Assembly: GCA_004764695.1 (NCBI GenBank)
Contig: SMSO01000014.1
Coordinates: 243,648-307,647 of the forward strand
Length of the DNA: 64,000 nt
Direction of reading: 5' to 3'
From: Schizochytrium sp. TIO01
Taxonomy: Eukaryota; Protista; Bigyra: Labyrinthulomycetes
Numbering within the stretch: the first letter of the stretch is position 1; every line of letters starts with the position of its first letter. The position numbers and the translations under genes are program-made. Positions 35,462 through 46,791 of this stretch are shown one piece after another. The notes beneath the pieces are model-generated. The model saw only the letters and a list, made by a program, of their open reading frames with translations. It ran no database searches and was not told the origin of the DNA.

Positions 35462-38400
35462 GATATTACCAAGGAAAGTAGAAACAGATGAAACAAAGTC
35501 ATGCAACGAGAAGCTTAGCGTCCAGGGGGTAGATGTTCAATCTGGTGAGATTCTGAAAACTCAGTCTAATGCATTTACCCAGCCAACACCCACAACTCAT
35601 GCTACAGGTCAAATCTCGTCAGCGCATGGAACGTCAGGCGATGATGCAGATCACGCAGATAAAGAAAGCAGACAACAAAAGCAGGCATTGCCTCCTTCTC
35701 CTGTTTCCAACGTACATGTAAGCTCTTCTCCCTCCTTTTCATTTGAACAAGGTGTTAATGTACCATGCATTCAATCAACGTCGGAACATGGCGAGGGCAT
35801 ATGGGAGCAACAACAACCAGAACAGTCGGCTGAAAGGAGCACTTCAAGCCATAGTGATACCCTGTTCCTATCTCAAGTCCACCAGAATGAGAATGGGAGA
35901 GCAGGCAGTAGTACGCCTGGCCCTCAAGGCCTGTCCTCCGATCAGAATTTGCTTTCCTCCTTAACGATGGAAAAAAATCAGCATTCCTTCCTGGGACAAC
36001 CTCACAATGCTGTCCAAGAACAGGGTACGGTGGGCAAGGAGGGCAATGGTCATTGTGGTGTAAACCTTGAAGTCAATCATCAAGCCAATCACGAGGAAGA
36101 TAATGGCGACGATGATGATGGTGATGATGGTGATGATGGTGATGATGGCGATGATGGCAATGATGGCGATGATGGCGATGGTGATGATGGCGATGACGAA
36201 GGAGAGGATGAAGAGCAGTACGAAGACGAAGGGGAAGACGACGAGGAGGAAGGAGGCGAACAAGGATACAATGAAGGTGAGAGCGAGGAAGATGACGAAG
36301 ACAATCCATCAAGTCCTTCAAAGAGAGTCAAAAGATCAGAATCGGAAAATGGCTGCGAAGTCGACAGTACATCTGCACCTATTCGACCAATGCTCAAGCG
36401 AGCACCTCGGAAGTCTGGTGTCGTTCTACCACCGCGTCATAAATCAGTCTTTCGGAAAATGTCTAAAGATCGACGAAAAGCAAAGAAACAGCTCTTGAAA
36501 AACGCCGCTGCGCGTGCTGTAAGGCAAAACACCCGCCAGCAACCTAAGCAAACAGGCAAGACACCGCAGCCAGATAGCACGCAGGTTCAATCAGCATCAT
36601 TAGCAACAATGCATTCAGTACCTAACTCCCTACAGATTCCCGAACTTCAGTACACAGGAGTTGTCACCACCCCATTGCCAATGCAGGGTGCGGGGTTAAG
36701 CCCGATAGTAATGCCAGCGCCTCCCCAAAGCAAAGCAACATCAAGAGCTGGAGCTAATAAGATAAATAAGCAAAAGGTTCGATCTAAAACCTCGACCACA
36801 TCATCCCAACAAAGTGAGATATCCTCTGATGCAGATTCAAAGCGTATGCTCATGAATGAAGAAGCAGAAATACGCATTAAACGTGTTCTGAAACGAAAGA
36901 AAGCAATTCAAGTCATTGAGCATCTTCATATCCCAAAGGGCACCCAATGTCGCGTTCGTTGGTCAGTGACATGGCAGATTAAGGATTCGCGGACCCTTTC
37001 TTGGCTCAAATCATGGGAGGATAACGAAGAGGATGAGAAGGAGGAGGAGGAAGAAGTAGAAGAAGACGCTAGAGAAGAACCGCCTGTCTGCCAGGATAAC
37101 AACAGCATTGATGTGAACGTCAAAAATACAGACGAAAAGAAAGATAATGAAGCAGGGAAAACAAGCCAAGGCGGCCAGGCGACTTCGCAGTCCTCATCAA
37201 TAGCGAATGGATCTCGAGTGGCAAGCACGGAGGGCAGAAATGGATCTTTGAACCCAGTGAGTGCTACATCTGCACAGGTCTATCAAGAAGCATGTATGTC
37301 GCATGCTGCTGAAACGGTCGATTTAGCAGGCTCCACAAACCCGACAAGCTCCCCAATTCACGGCGTACATGATGGTGACGCCCCAGGGGCATCAACTTCA
37401 AATAACAGCCAAAATGAAGCAACCTCAGAACCAAACAAAAAAAGGAGTGTGCGCGTCACACTTACAGGTGATGGAGTACGATTGTGCCGTGCAACGAATC
37501 TTGGTCTTACGAAGCAGCGTGATTTTTATGCACTTCTTGTGCAAGGCGAGCGCGCGAAAAAGGAGCATTTGTATGATATTTGTGCAGAGTTAAAAGGAGA
37601 CCGTAATGAAGTCATGGTTGACAATGTGGTTATTAATGGAATCGAAGCCAAGCGTATTAGTGGGGTTCTTGATTGGACAATTCCCCAGTGGCTATCCCCT
37701 GGCGTCTACAAGTTAGAAATTGGAAGTCGGTCTACTAATGTGTGCTGTACCACTGAGTCTTTCCGCGTTACAGAGGCCTTTGGCATGCTCGACTATACTA
37801 CTGTTGGCGTCTGGTGCCTTTGTGAAAGTGTGCAGGCCTCTGAAGCTGTGGATAAAGGTAAAGTATGGGTTTCCTGTTCGACTTGCCATTCTTGGCAACA
37901 CTGGTGCTGTTACGAGCGTATTCCTGGGAATGAAAAGTTTAATAACGAACTCGGGTTCATTGGTCACAATCAGCATGATCCAATTCCCCACAACGACACG
38001 ACGTTTACATGTTGGTCGTGCTTCAATTACAGGTCCGTAGATCGTTTGAAGCTTCCGACCCCGATACGCTCAGAAGAAGAATATGCCTCATTGGTGAAAG
38101 AACTTGAGAAGGATCGTCTTCAGAGAATGATTCGCATGTTCAATAAAGCAAGTGGTGGATATTCGCGCCGAAACTTTGACCGCTTCGGTCGTGAGATCAC
38201 CGTCAAACGTCTCTACTGTACTCCAAATCATGCAGTGTGCTTCATCGGCACTCTCCTTGACAAAATTTTCAACTTCGGTATTGCTGGGCTGAATGACTTT
38301 GTACACACAGGCGCTCTGATGCCTTCAAATCCAGCGCCTGTAGCGCCTCATCCTATCAAGTGTGCAGACCTCGGCGCTGGCGTTGGCGCACTCACTTCGA

Positions 38401-38861
38401 TTCTCCCTGCAGGTTCAGTTAGCATTGAGATTGAGAAAGACAGGTTTCTCAAGGGATCTAAGCGGTATCGTGAGAGCAAATGGATTAATGGCGATGTTCT
38501 GGACCCTTCAATTCATGGTCCTTTCTTCAAGCGTTTTGATCTTATTATAGCCAATCCTGATTTTGAAGTCGCGCTCCCCTTCCTCTGCGCTGCATTGTAC
38601 ATGCTACGCGATCATGAGGATGCGCGCATTCTTTTCCTTCTCCCTAGCGACTATTTTGAAGCGAGCCCGCTTAGAAGTCGCTGTTTTAAGCTTCTGCCTG
38701 TTGTTGTGGAAACAGAGTTCAAGCTCGGTCACTTGAACTACCTCGAAGACGATCCACTTGCGCAAAAGCTCACGGTAGATTCACTTTTTGTTATCCGCCG
38801 AGGAAGGCTGAACAAATTTGTCCATACTGTAGTCAACGCTCGCCTGGGTGGCATGCTCTAG
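35415..38861 (+). CDS. PHD finger + C-terminal amino-(N6-adenine/N4-cytosine) methyltransferase-like protein
   Basis: 1148 aa. C4HC3 PHD (CLC...WVSCSTCHSWQHWCC...FTCWSC, 37815-38021). Rossmann MTase motifs in gamma-type order: YCTP, DLGAGVG, EIE, GD, FDLIIANPDF, ILFLLPSDYF (38214-38858). NLS-like basic clusters. Confidence 0.88.
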   Translation: MSRFQPKTAETPSPSEILPRKVETDETKSCNEKLSVQGVDVQSGEILKTQSNAFTQPTPTTHATGQISSAHGTSGDDADHADKESRQQKQALPPSPVSNVHVSSSPSFSFEQGVNVPCIQSTSEHGEGIWEQQQPEQSAERSTSSHSDTLFLSQVHQNENGRAGSSTPGPQGLSSDQNLLSSLTMEKNQHSFLGQPHNAVQEQGTVGKEGNGHCGVNLEVNHQANHEEDNGDDDDGDDGDDGDDGDDGNDGDDGDGDDGDDEGEDEEQYEDEGEDDEEEGGEQGYNEGESEEDDEDNPSSPSKRVKRSESENGCEVDSTSAPIRPMLKRAPRKSGVVLPPRHKSVFRKMSKDRRKAKKQLLKNAAARAVRQNTRQQPKQTGKTPQPDSTQVQSASLATMHSVPNSLQIPELQYTGVVTTPLPMQGAGLSPIVMPAPPQSKATSRAGANKINKQKVRSKTSTTSSQQSEISSDADSKRMLMNEEAEIRIKRVLKRKKAIQVIEHLHIPKGTQCRVRWSVTWQIKDSRTLSWLKSWEDNEEDEKEEEEEVEEDAREEPPVCQDNNSIDVNVKNTDEKKDNEAGKTSQGGQATSQSSSIANGSRVASTEGRNGSLNPVSATSAQVYQEACMSHAAETVDLAGSTNPTSSPIHGVHDGDAPGASTSNNSQNEATSEPNKKRSVRVTLTGDGVRLCRATNLGLTKQRDFYALLVQGERAKKEHLYDICAELKGDRNEVMVDNVVINGIEAKRISGVLDWTIPQWLSPGVYKLEIGSRSTNVCCTTESFRVTEAFGMLDYTTVGVWCLCESVQASEAVDKGKVWVSCSTCHSWQHWCCYERIPGNEKFNNELGFIGHNQHDPIPHNDTTFTCWSCFNYRSVDRLKLPTPIRSEEEYASLVKELEKDRLQRMIRMFNKASGGYSRRNFDRFGREITVKRLYCTPNHAVCFIGTLLDKIFNFGIAGLNDFVHTGALMPSNPAPVAPHPIKCADLGAGVGALTSILPAGSVSIEIEKDRFLKGSKRYRESKWINGDVLDPSIHGPFFKRFDLIIANPDFEVALPFLCAALYMLRDHEDARILFLLPSDYFEASPLRSRCFKLLPVVVETEFKLGHLNYLEDDPLAQKLTVDSLFVIRRGRLNKFVHTVVNARLGGML

Positions 38862-40048
38862 ACAGTAGCAGTACGTTGTCCCTCTTTTTTCGTGAGCATA
38901 ACAAACCTTACTTATAAATTATTTTAATATTGTAAGATCTCTCAACCTTCAGTCCCCAGGCAAGCTACACAGGAGTTTCTTGTGTTAAATTGCTAATTTC
39001 GTTAAGAAGAATTCCATTTAACTTGCCCCACACCACGTGCTTGCTGTTCACGTAATCCCCTCCCTTTTTGTAAAGCAAAACAAAGTGGCCAGTATCTAAA
39101 GAGAGAAACCCCAATAACCTGGTGAAGGGAGGATCGGCTGTATTTTTCCTCTAGCAAAAACACATACTAGCCTATCCACAGCTTTCACGTTGTTGACTAG
39201 AGCTGTGACGATTCCTTTATCATCGTAAAGCAGCATCAGTGTAATCTTATAGCATCCTGCCTCATTTGGCTTTGCGTAACGGACCCCCCGGTCCAAGAAC
39301 GATTATTTCTCCTTCCAACTATACAACTACATACAAGATTTATGTTTTCTATTGCTTTCCACTTCCTATAAATTTCAATCGTATCTATTTAGAAACCTTC
39401 CTTTACCGTTCTTTATTTCCCCTAGTCTGTCCCTTAGGACCTACTTAGTGCTCCCCAGCACCGTTGCTATAGTGGGCTATCTAGGAAGGACTACAATAGA
39501 GAATTTTCGATTCTCTATAGTATAACTTCAGTATACTGCATAGTAAACGAGGCTTTCACAGTAGGTTATAGCCAGGAATAGCACATGAAGAGTACCGATG
39601 CCATGGTAAGCGACTCCAAAGTGGTGAGAGCCCAAAGGAGTGCCACGGAGGCAGCAAATCGCTAGTCTTGAAGTGCCTTCGCGGTCCTGCAAGCTTGGAA
39701 CCGGCGCTCTCTCGCGGAGCTCCGTCATTCGTGGCTGCTGGCCAGCCGCAGGCGGCCCTTATCTACGACCGGCAGGCATGGACAGCTGGCCTCGGCGGCG
39801 CTAGGGAGCTGGCCAGATTAGACGACGAAGAAAAAAAATAACAAGAAGAAACTGCGACGGAATATAGTGAGACGTTGACCTAATCTTGGGGGATTTTAAT
39901 TCAGTTCTGTTCGTGGAAAATTAAGAGAGGCGTTCTCAAAGAGCGCGTAAGATCGTAGGTGCAGACTCTTTGCTTCTACTTGATTTGTTTTCTTCGTGCG
40001 GAAAGTCGGTTTGAGTATTAGCGATTTTTCGGGCTCGCTTGGCATCCA

Positions 40049-41102
40049 ATGTACCATGTGTTCGCGGCGACGATCGCTGGCGTTGGGATGATCGTCTCAT
40101 TGTATGCACTGCTGGGCGAGCGTTTCAAATGGGCTTCGTTCACAAGGTTCTCAGTGGCGACTAAAGTCCCAGTTGTCATCCTCTGTGTGTCAGGACCCAT
40201 AGGTACGTGGTATTTGTTTGCTTGTTTAAAGGACAGAGAACCGAAAATTTCCACTTGAGAGAGAACACTACAAATGTCGCGATTGATCAAGCAATTTGAA
40301 AGTCAGTAACACATACATTGGCCTTGGCAGGCTCTCACTCTCTCATGATTCACTTGTTGAATGATGAAATTCGGCTGGTTGCACAAAGATTGTTGCAAGG
40401 AATGAAGACTAACATGCATTATTCTTTATATGAACACGAATTGAATGTATATAGTCATGGTGACCTTTATACTTTATGCGTTTTTGGCATTTCTTTTGGC
40501 AACTGAGCGTGCCACAAGCACATGTTTTTACATTAGTGCATCATGGACCGTAATCTTTACAGACATGAGTCTTATTTTATACAGGGACTGGCGGGACCTT
40601 TGCAGGCGTAATGTTGACCTCTCACTTCACATTGTCAACTCAGTTATTTTGATATATACTTTCGCAAACATGCCTTACACACCTACATCATTTGTGCTCA
40701 TCTCACTCGGATGCTGGTAAGTTCATTTCTTTCGTTGCACGTTTTTGCTCTCAGTATGATTTGCTCACTGACTGTTTGAATCGCCAACTTTAACTTCACA
40801 GGGGTTCTCTTGTCATGTCGCGCGTCTTCAAGCGGTACATGGAGAAACATAGGCCTCGGTTACCAAGCCGAGAGGAATTTCAAGAGCGGGGAGGTAGGCT
40901 GATGGGTCAGTCTTCAGCCACCACTCAATGGTCAGAGACAGAGGAACATGACCACTATCATCATAATCAACAACCCATGTGGAGCCAGGACGCGCCAATA
41001 TCACCACCTTCAATCCAGCCACCACCGCTTTCTCCAACTGGAGGATACCAGCACCACGCGCCTCCGCTGTCACCAACCTCACCGACGTCTGTTTCTGACT
41101 AA
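40049..41102 (+). CDS. Spliced multi-pass membrane protein with a Pro-rich cytoplasmic tail (unknown family)
   Basis: Exons 40049-40202, 40455-40716 and 40802-41102 join through GT-AG introns (GTACGT...CTAAC...ATAG; GTAAGT...ACAG). Total 717 nt = 238 aa in one frame. Confidence 0.7.
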
Positions 41103-41896
41103 ACGCGGGGGTGGTTACAAGCGCCATCGCCGCTCAAGCACACATAAACTTGCGTACATACCTTCATACATATATACAACATAGAGGTCTTTTGGCCCGC
41201 ACTGAGAGTGCAATCGAAATAATCATACTTGTTTGCTCGACGATTCACGTATGGTGAGTAACAAGGCCCTTGCCGCACGAATTACTGAATTACTGGCGAG
41301 GCAATAGCGAAGGGATCGTGCGCTTTTAACCATTCCCGATTCTGGATTTTGCACAGATAAGAAAACAATCAAAATAAAACGAGATAGGACCCACTCCTGT
41401 GTCACCCCGGCTGCTTAAATTACGTGCGCACTACGGTATTGTTTCCTTTTTTGTTAATTAAAAATACGGCGGGTCTTCTTTCCACAACATGTATGCTTTT
41501 GACATTCCCCATACAAAAAGTAGCAAAAAGGTATTCCTGACCCCTTCCCTTTCCCGCTGTCAGAGTTTTGTTTCTTTCACACAAAAAGCTTACCTTTCTC
41601 ATCCCCTTTTCCATGACACAAATCAAGATATAGTAAACATCTTTCTGCATAATACACCGACAGACTGTCCTAGCCCCATAAAACCAGAAAAATAGAAACA
41701 GAAACAGAAGATCTGCCCCCCCCCCCAGAAACAAAACAAACAAAACAACAAGCAACACTATGAGAGCATTTTCACATAAACCTATTTACTTGTGAGTTTG
41801 GTGGCTCACTAACAGACATTTTGAAAAGAAATAATCTATAAGAGGCGAAAATTGATTAAACCTTCTATTGTAGACTCTATGATTGTCAAAAACTAT

Positions 41897-42908
41897 TTAT
41901 ACCATCTTGAGGTCAGAGTTCTCACCGTGGAGCTTCCGCACGTTTCCATTGCCCGATGCAGCTTCAGACGTGCCGCCAATGTCAGCCTCTTCTTCTTCCT
42001 CTTCTTCCTCCTCGACACCACCGTTCATCTCAATTGAAGTCAAAACATCGTCATCGTCATCAACAGCGATGATATCCGCCTTAAACTTAACCAAGAGCCA
42101 TGTAAAAAGAAGATAGAGAAAAAACAACAATACACTGAAGGCACCCACTGTAGCTTGCGAGGCAGTGGATCCGTCGCCGCACTTGCGGCGAGTACCTGCA
42201 ACGCAGGCAGAGATTAGCATAACTATGAACCAAACGAGTGACACAACCACGGTCTTGTTAGGCACTGCTCATTACCTTTGTATTACCTCAATACAAACAA
42301 TATAATTACGAACTTACTTTGCGCCATCATAAAGCTCATGCCCGTCAGAGCTCCATGAGTGGCCACAGTGCGGTATTTACGCAAGATGAGAGTTCCCATC
42401 ACACCGAGGAAGATCGCCAAGAGTGCAACCCATACGCCAATGAATCTATATTTTGGTTTTCAATGAACACAACAGCACATAAACAATGTCAGTTTGCCAC
42501 TCATTCCCTCATTCAAGCTTAGTTACCAAGTAGAACACCTCACAAAGTGCTTTTCCTGCGTTTGAATATCTAAAATCTAACGAGACTTCGTCTTCTGTTC
42601 ATATTTTACATTTTCGTAGGAGAATCATCCACATTCTTTCTCTTTGAAGTGCTCTTTTTTTTTTTTTTTCAGAAGTTGGCACTGCACTGCGAAAACTGTG
42701 GCCCTAGCCTACAGAGAACTGTCACTTACGCATAGCCGACATTGCTCCTGTCGGTACCGAGGGCAAACCCGGCGATCACGAGGGCGATAGTACAGAGCTG
42801 TGTAAGGATCCAAACTCTGGAGAGGACCTTGACACTATTTCCACAATACTGGCCCTCCGCCTCGCGGATGGAGTGGCGAGCCTTGACCAGACGAGTATGC
42901 ATTGTCAT
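41897..42908 (-). CDS. Spliced four-TM membrane protein with an acidic C-tail (unknown family)
   Basis: Exons 42908-42730, 42445-42318 and 42222-41897 have GTAAGT donors and TAG acceptors. Phases match; 633 nt = 210 aa; four hydrophobic helices. Confidence 0.8.
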
Positions 42909-43727
42909 TTGCCGTTTTGTACGCGTCAATTCTCTAACCAGAACTCCCGAAGAGCTCCTTGCCTAGCCTCGTCACGTGGTTTTCCTGGCGTACCTCGGGG
43001 ACTCAATCTGGCCGATTCTACTCGGAACCCGCTTCTCTCGCTACCAGAACACCTCGAATCCACACAGAGCCTCTTGACGCCACTCAGGACTAGACCAGAA
43101 GCTCAAGACCTCTCCAAGGTCTGCGACTCTGGCCCACAACCTCGCCCAAAACAGGAATGCTGAGGATCATCGAATCAAGAAAGAAATGATTGATCGAGTG
43201 AATAACTACGTAGCATTCATTTAATGAAAACATTAGTACTTACTAACAGTAGTCGAGAGAGATCCTTGGTAGGCTCTTATACACCCTCATATGCTAAACA
43301 TTAGATGTCACCTCATGGTGGCTTTTAGATTAAGGTCGTGATTGTCAGAGGACAGCGAGAAATAAGTTAGGGGCTATTCTGATTGAAGAGATCGCATGTT
43401 TATTTAATCACGTTCACGAGGAACTTCGGATGCCTCTAAGAACATGATTTGAGTTATCAACGAAAGGCGAGGAGGTGGAAGGTAGGATAAGAAGCAATTT
43501 GAGAGGACAAGCTATTTTGCTACAATGTGTAGCGGGCAGGATACTGGTATGAACTTGTGTACCGTATTCAGAGGCAAGCGAGCAACCTTAAGGTGGACGA
43601 GAGTAAGGCAGCTTCAAAAATAGAAAAAAGTAAGGAGGAGTTTTCTTCATTACTAGGTATATTAAATGAGACAAACCAAGAATAGTCAAGTATACATGCA
43701 CAGCACATCATTCATGTACTGAATAAA

Positions 43728-44723
43728 TTATTTTGCGGTAGTTCCCGGGGACTCGGCCCCAAAAGTTTGCTTTAACACGGAAATATGCTCAGGCGTAATG
43801 CCACAGCAGCCCCCAATTAGAGTAGCGCCAAAATTTTGAACCCACACTCTAGCAAATTTATCACAGTAGACCTGTGGCGGCACATCATCGCGAAGGGCCT
43901 GAGGTTCTGTTGAGCCAGCCATAGTCCAATCACTGGCAATCGGCGTTAGCCGATTTGCGTAAGCTCCGAGACGAACATCTGCAACCTTTAGTTTGTCTTT
44001 TAGTTCTGCGGCGGCCTCTAATGCCTCCGTTACCGCTTCAGGCTCTGCACAGTTGAAGAGCACCGCTTCCAGGGGCGCATGGGTAGCTTCAGCTTGCTGC
44101 AAGAGCTGGCTGATAGCTTCGCTCACTGGCTCGCCACTGCGGAGCTTAGCGCCTCGAGAAACAGTCCAGGAGCAAAACAAAGGCCGTACATAATCTCCCT
44201 CTAACGACGCTACTGCATCAACAGCTTGCAACATTTCTTCAATCGATGAAAGTGTCTCAGCAAGGTAGAAATCTACGTACTCATGCATAGCTTTTGCAAT
44301 CTTAGTGTACATTTCCACACCTTTGGCATGTTCCTGAACGAGGTCCGGCCTGTAGCTTTCCACCAGTGGTGGTAAAGATCCGCAGACCTTGCCGCTTCCG
44401 TGCTCCTGCACAGCTCTTCTCGCAAGTTGCGCAGCTGTCTGGGTGAACTCCAGGACCTCAGACTCCGAGAATCCAACTCCTTGAGTAATTCCATAGTTGT
44501 TTACCGTGATTATCTGAGATCCCGCCTCCAAAAATGATTTATGCACATCCACAAGTAAATCGTGGTGTTCTTTGTGCGTCACAGCTCGCGCAGACCACGT
44601 CTTACGATCATCTGGGAGCCCTCTTCTCATGAGCTCTTCGCCAGTGCCTCCGTCGAGAAGCGTCACCGCCAACCTCGTATCGCCGAGGCCCTTTTTCCCC
44701 ACAATCTGAGCCATCTTTTGCAT
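43728..44723 (-). CDS. Homocysteine S-methyltransferase family protein (Zn-dependent)
   Basis: 331 aa. LLDGGTGEEL, WSA, HKSFLEAGSQII, GSLPP, AETLSS; Zn ligands in NCAEPE and IGGCCG. Confidence 0.93.
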   Translation of the reverse strand: MQKMAQIVGKKGLGDTRLAVTLLDGGTGEELMRRGLPDDRKTWSARAVTHKEHHDLLVDVHKSFLEAGSQIITVNNYGITQGVGFSESEVLEFTQTAAQLARRAVQEHGSGKVCGSLPPLVESYRPDLVQEHAKGVEMYTKIAKAMHEYVDFYLAETLSSIEEMLQAVDAVASLEGDYVRPLFCSWTVSRGAKLRSGEPVSEAISQLLQQAEATHAPLEAVLFNCAEPEAVTEALEAAAELKDKLKVADVRLGAYANRLTPIASDWTMAGSTEPQALRDDVPPQVYCDKFARVWVQNFGATLIGGCCGITPEHISVLKQTFGAESPGTTAK

Positions 44724-45096
44724 CGAAGTAAGCCAAATTATGCTTGTTGAAACTTCTGCAGTCCGCTGGTCGAGGCTAATGATGCTATTGTTGTTTGACC
44801 AATGGTATGTTTTGATATCTTGTTCTGCTTTACAAATGAAAAAGGGAAAACGCCAGGGTAGAACACCTGGAACTATTGATCATACATATTAAAGAAAGAG
44901 CGAAGACAAAGAAGCACTACTATGCAAAAGAAGATCGTGTTTCTGGAGCGGTGCAGAACTAGAATACACTCTCAGCGTTTCGCGAAAAGAGTCTTTGGAG
45001 TTTTACGTTAGCGCTTCGCGGAAGCATACAGTGCCGTAGAGGTATTCCGGAGACTCTATTTGAATTTTGAGAGCAGCGACGTGTTGAGCTAAAAAG
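44724..45096. promoter_or_regulatory. Probable bidirectional promoter between the HMT and UCH genes
   Basis: 373-bp head-to-head spacer containing the palindrome TTTCGCGAAA (~44978). Confidence 0.4.
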
Positions 45097-45837
45097 ATGT
45101 CTTCGTCTGCTTCTTCATCTTCGGCGCGTGCATCCAAAAAGGTTTCCAAGACTCCGAAATGGCTCCCGCTGGAATCGAATCCTGATGTCTTGAATAACTT
45201 TCTGCAGCGCATGGGCGTAGAGGGTGGCGTAGAGTTTCATGATGTTTTTGGCCTCGATGACGAGCTTCTCATGATGATTCCGCAGCCCGTGGTGGCCATG
45301 TGCCTTCTGTTTCCAAGCACCAAGATCAACAAGATTCGCCGTGAGCAGCTAAAGGGCAAGTGTATCATGGACCCTGCCGAGAAGGGTATTTTCTACCTGC
45401 ACCAGCTGCCTCAATTTGGAAATGCATGTGGTACAATTGCTTGCGTGCACGCGACAGCCAATGTCCCGTCAATTGCATTTAGTAAAGACAGTCCTCTTGG
45501 TACCTTCATTGAGGAAAACCGCGGGCTTGACCCGGATACCATTGGTCACAACCTTGCGGACACCGTTTCAATCCACGAGGCTAGTGAACATAGCGCATCT
45601 TCTGGCACTACCGAGACGCCAGACCGTAATGACGATGTTGAAGGCCACTTTATTAGTTTCGTCTTCATGGACGGTCGCCTCATTGAGCTCGATGGCATGA
45701 TGCCCGGCCCCATTGACCACGGTGAGACGACGCAGGAAAACTTTACCAAAGATGTAGCTGATATCATCAAGAACCAGTTCATGGCACTTGACCCTGACAG
45801 TGTCAACTTTAATGTAACCGCCCTGAGCATTGAGTAA
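45097..45837 (+). CDS. UCHL3: Ubiquitin C-terminal hydrolase, UCH-L3/YUH1 type (peptidase C12)
   Basis: 246 aa. WLPLESNPDV, FHDVFGLD, catalytic Q..GNACGTIA, HF, ELDG. Confidence 0.95.
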   Translation: MSSSASSSSARASKKVSKTPKWLPLESNPDVLNNFLQRMGVEGGVEFHDVFGLDDELLMMIPQPVVAMCLLFPSTKINKIRREQLKGKCIMDPAEKGIFYLHQLPQFGNACGTIACVHATANVPSIAFSKDSPLGTFIEENRGLDPDTIGHNLADTVSIHEASEHSASSGTTETPDRNDDVEGHFISFVFMDGRLIELDGMMPGPIDHGETTQENFTKDVADIIKNQFMALDPDSVNFNVTALSIE

Positions 45838-46791
45838 CACCGCTCTTCTCTCTGTTGCCATTAAGCTATAAAAATCATGCTGCTTGTGATTATAAATCAT
45901 TTCTTTTCTGTTTTCTATTTATGGAGTATCCCCTTCCCAGCCCGACAGGAACTTGCCTTGAATAGTGTGCTGACTCCCTGAGTTTCCGTTTTCTTTAATC
46001 TAAAGTGGAGCAAATTTTCATAAGTCAAAGGCTTGTTCAATTATTGGTGGTTGCACTTGCAAGAAATACAACAACAAAAATAAATATAAATGCACTCTAC
46101 CTTGTGTCTCATCAAAATTAAATTTGGATAAGAATGAAATCTTTTCAGAGAGCAACCATTAACTTGTAATTTTTCCAGGTGGTACGTTGCCATCAAATAT
46201 CAATTCCAGCACAGGAATAAACATCGTTGTTTCGAAAGTCTTTTTAGCATTTCCCAACTTCCCTAACGGTAAGAAAAACAGACAGGGTGCGCCTCTTGTG
46301 TTTCTTTTGGTTTGCATCATATTTGGGTCAACGTTCAATCTCGTTCTGTTATACCTCTGGCAGAAGTCGGTAATTACATAAGGCAAGGTCGAGTCTTTCC
46401 AATTGGAGAGATGGTGCGATCTAGAGTTTATTTTCTCGTTGACTTGCGTTGGTAATATGATTATTATTACTGTCTAAATGATTTATATAAAACCTGCAAG
46501 GGCTACTTTAAAAATTCTGATAATGTCATTTTCTTCAATAAGAAGGATAAAGAAAAACAAAAACTGATTAGGAAGTACATTCCCTTTCAGTACGGGATTT
46601 AGAAGAGTACAAATCAAATCCATGTGATCCGTCATCCATTAACCCTTTCCCGCCCTCCAAAAGGGAGAAAAACAACAAAAAAAAAATGGAGAAAGGGTTG
46701 ATAAAAGGGGAGAAGAGAACTTCTGCCCTTTCATAGAGTGAGATGAATGAACGTAAAATCAAAACAGGGTGCGTTAAGTTGCGGCATGTTT

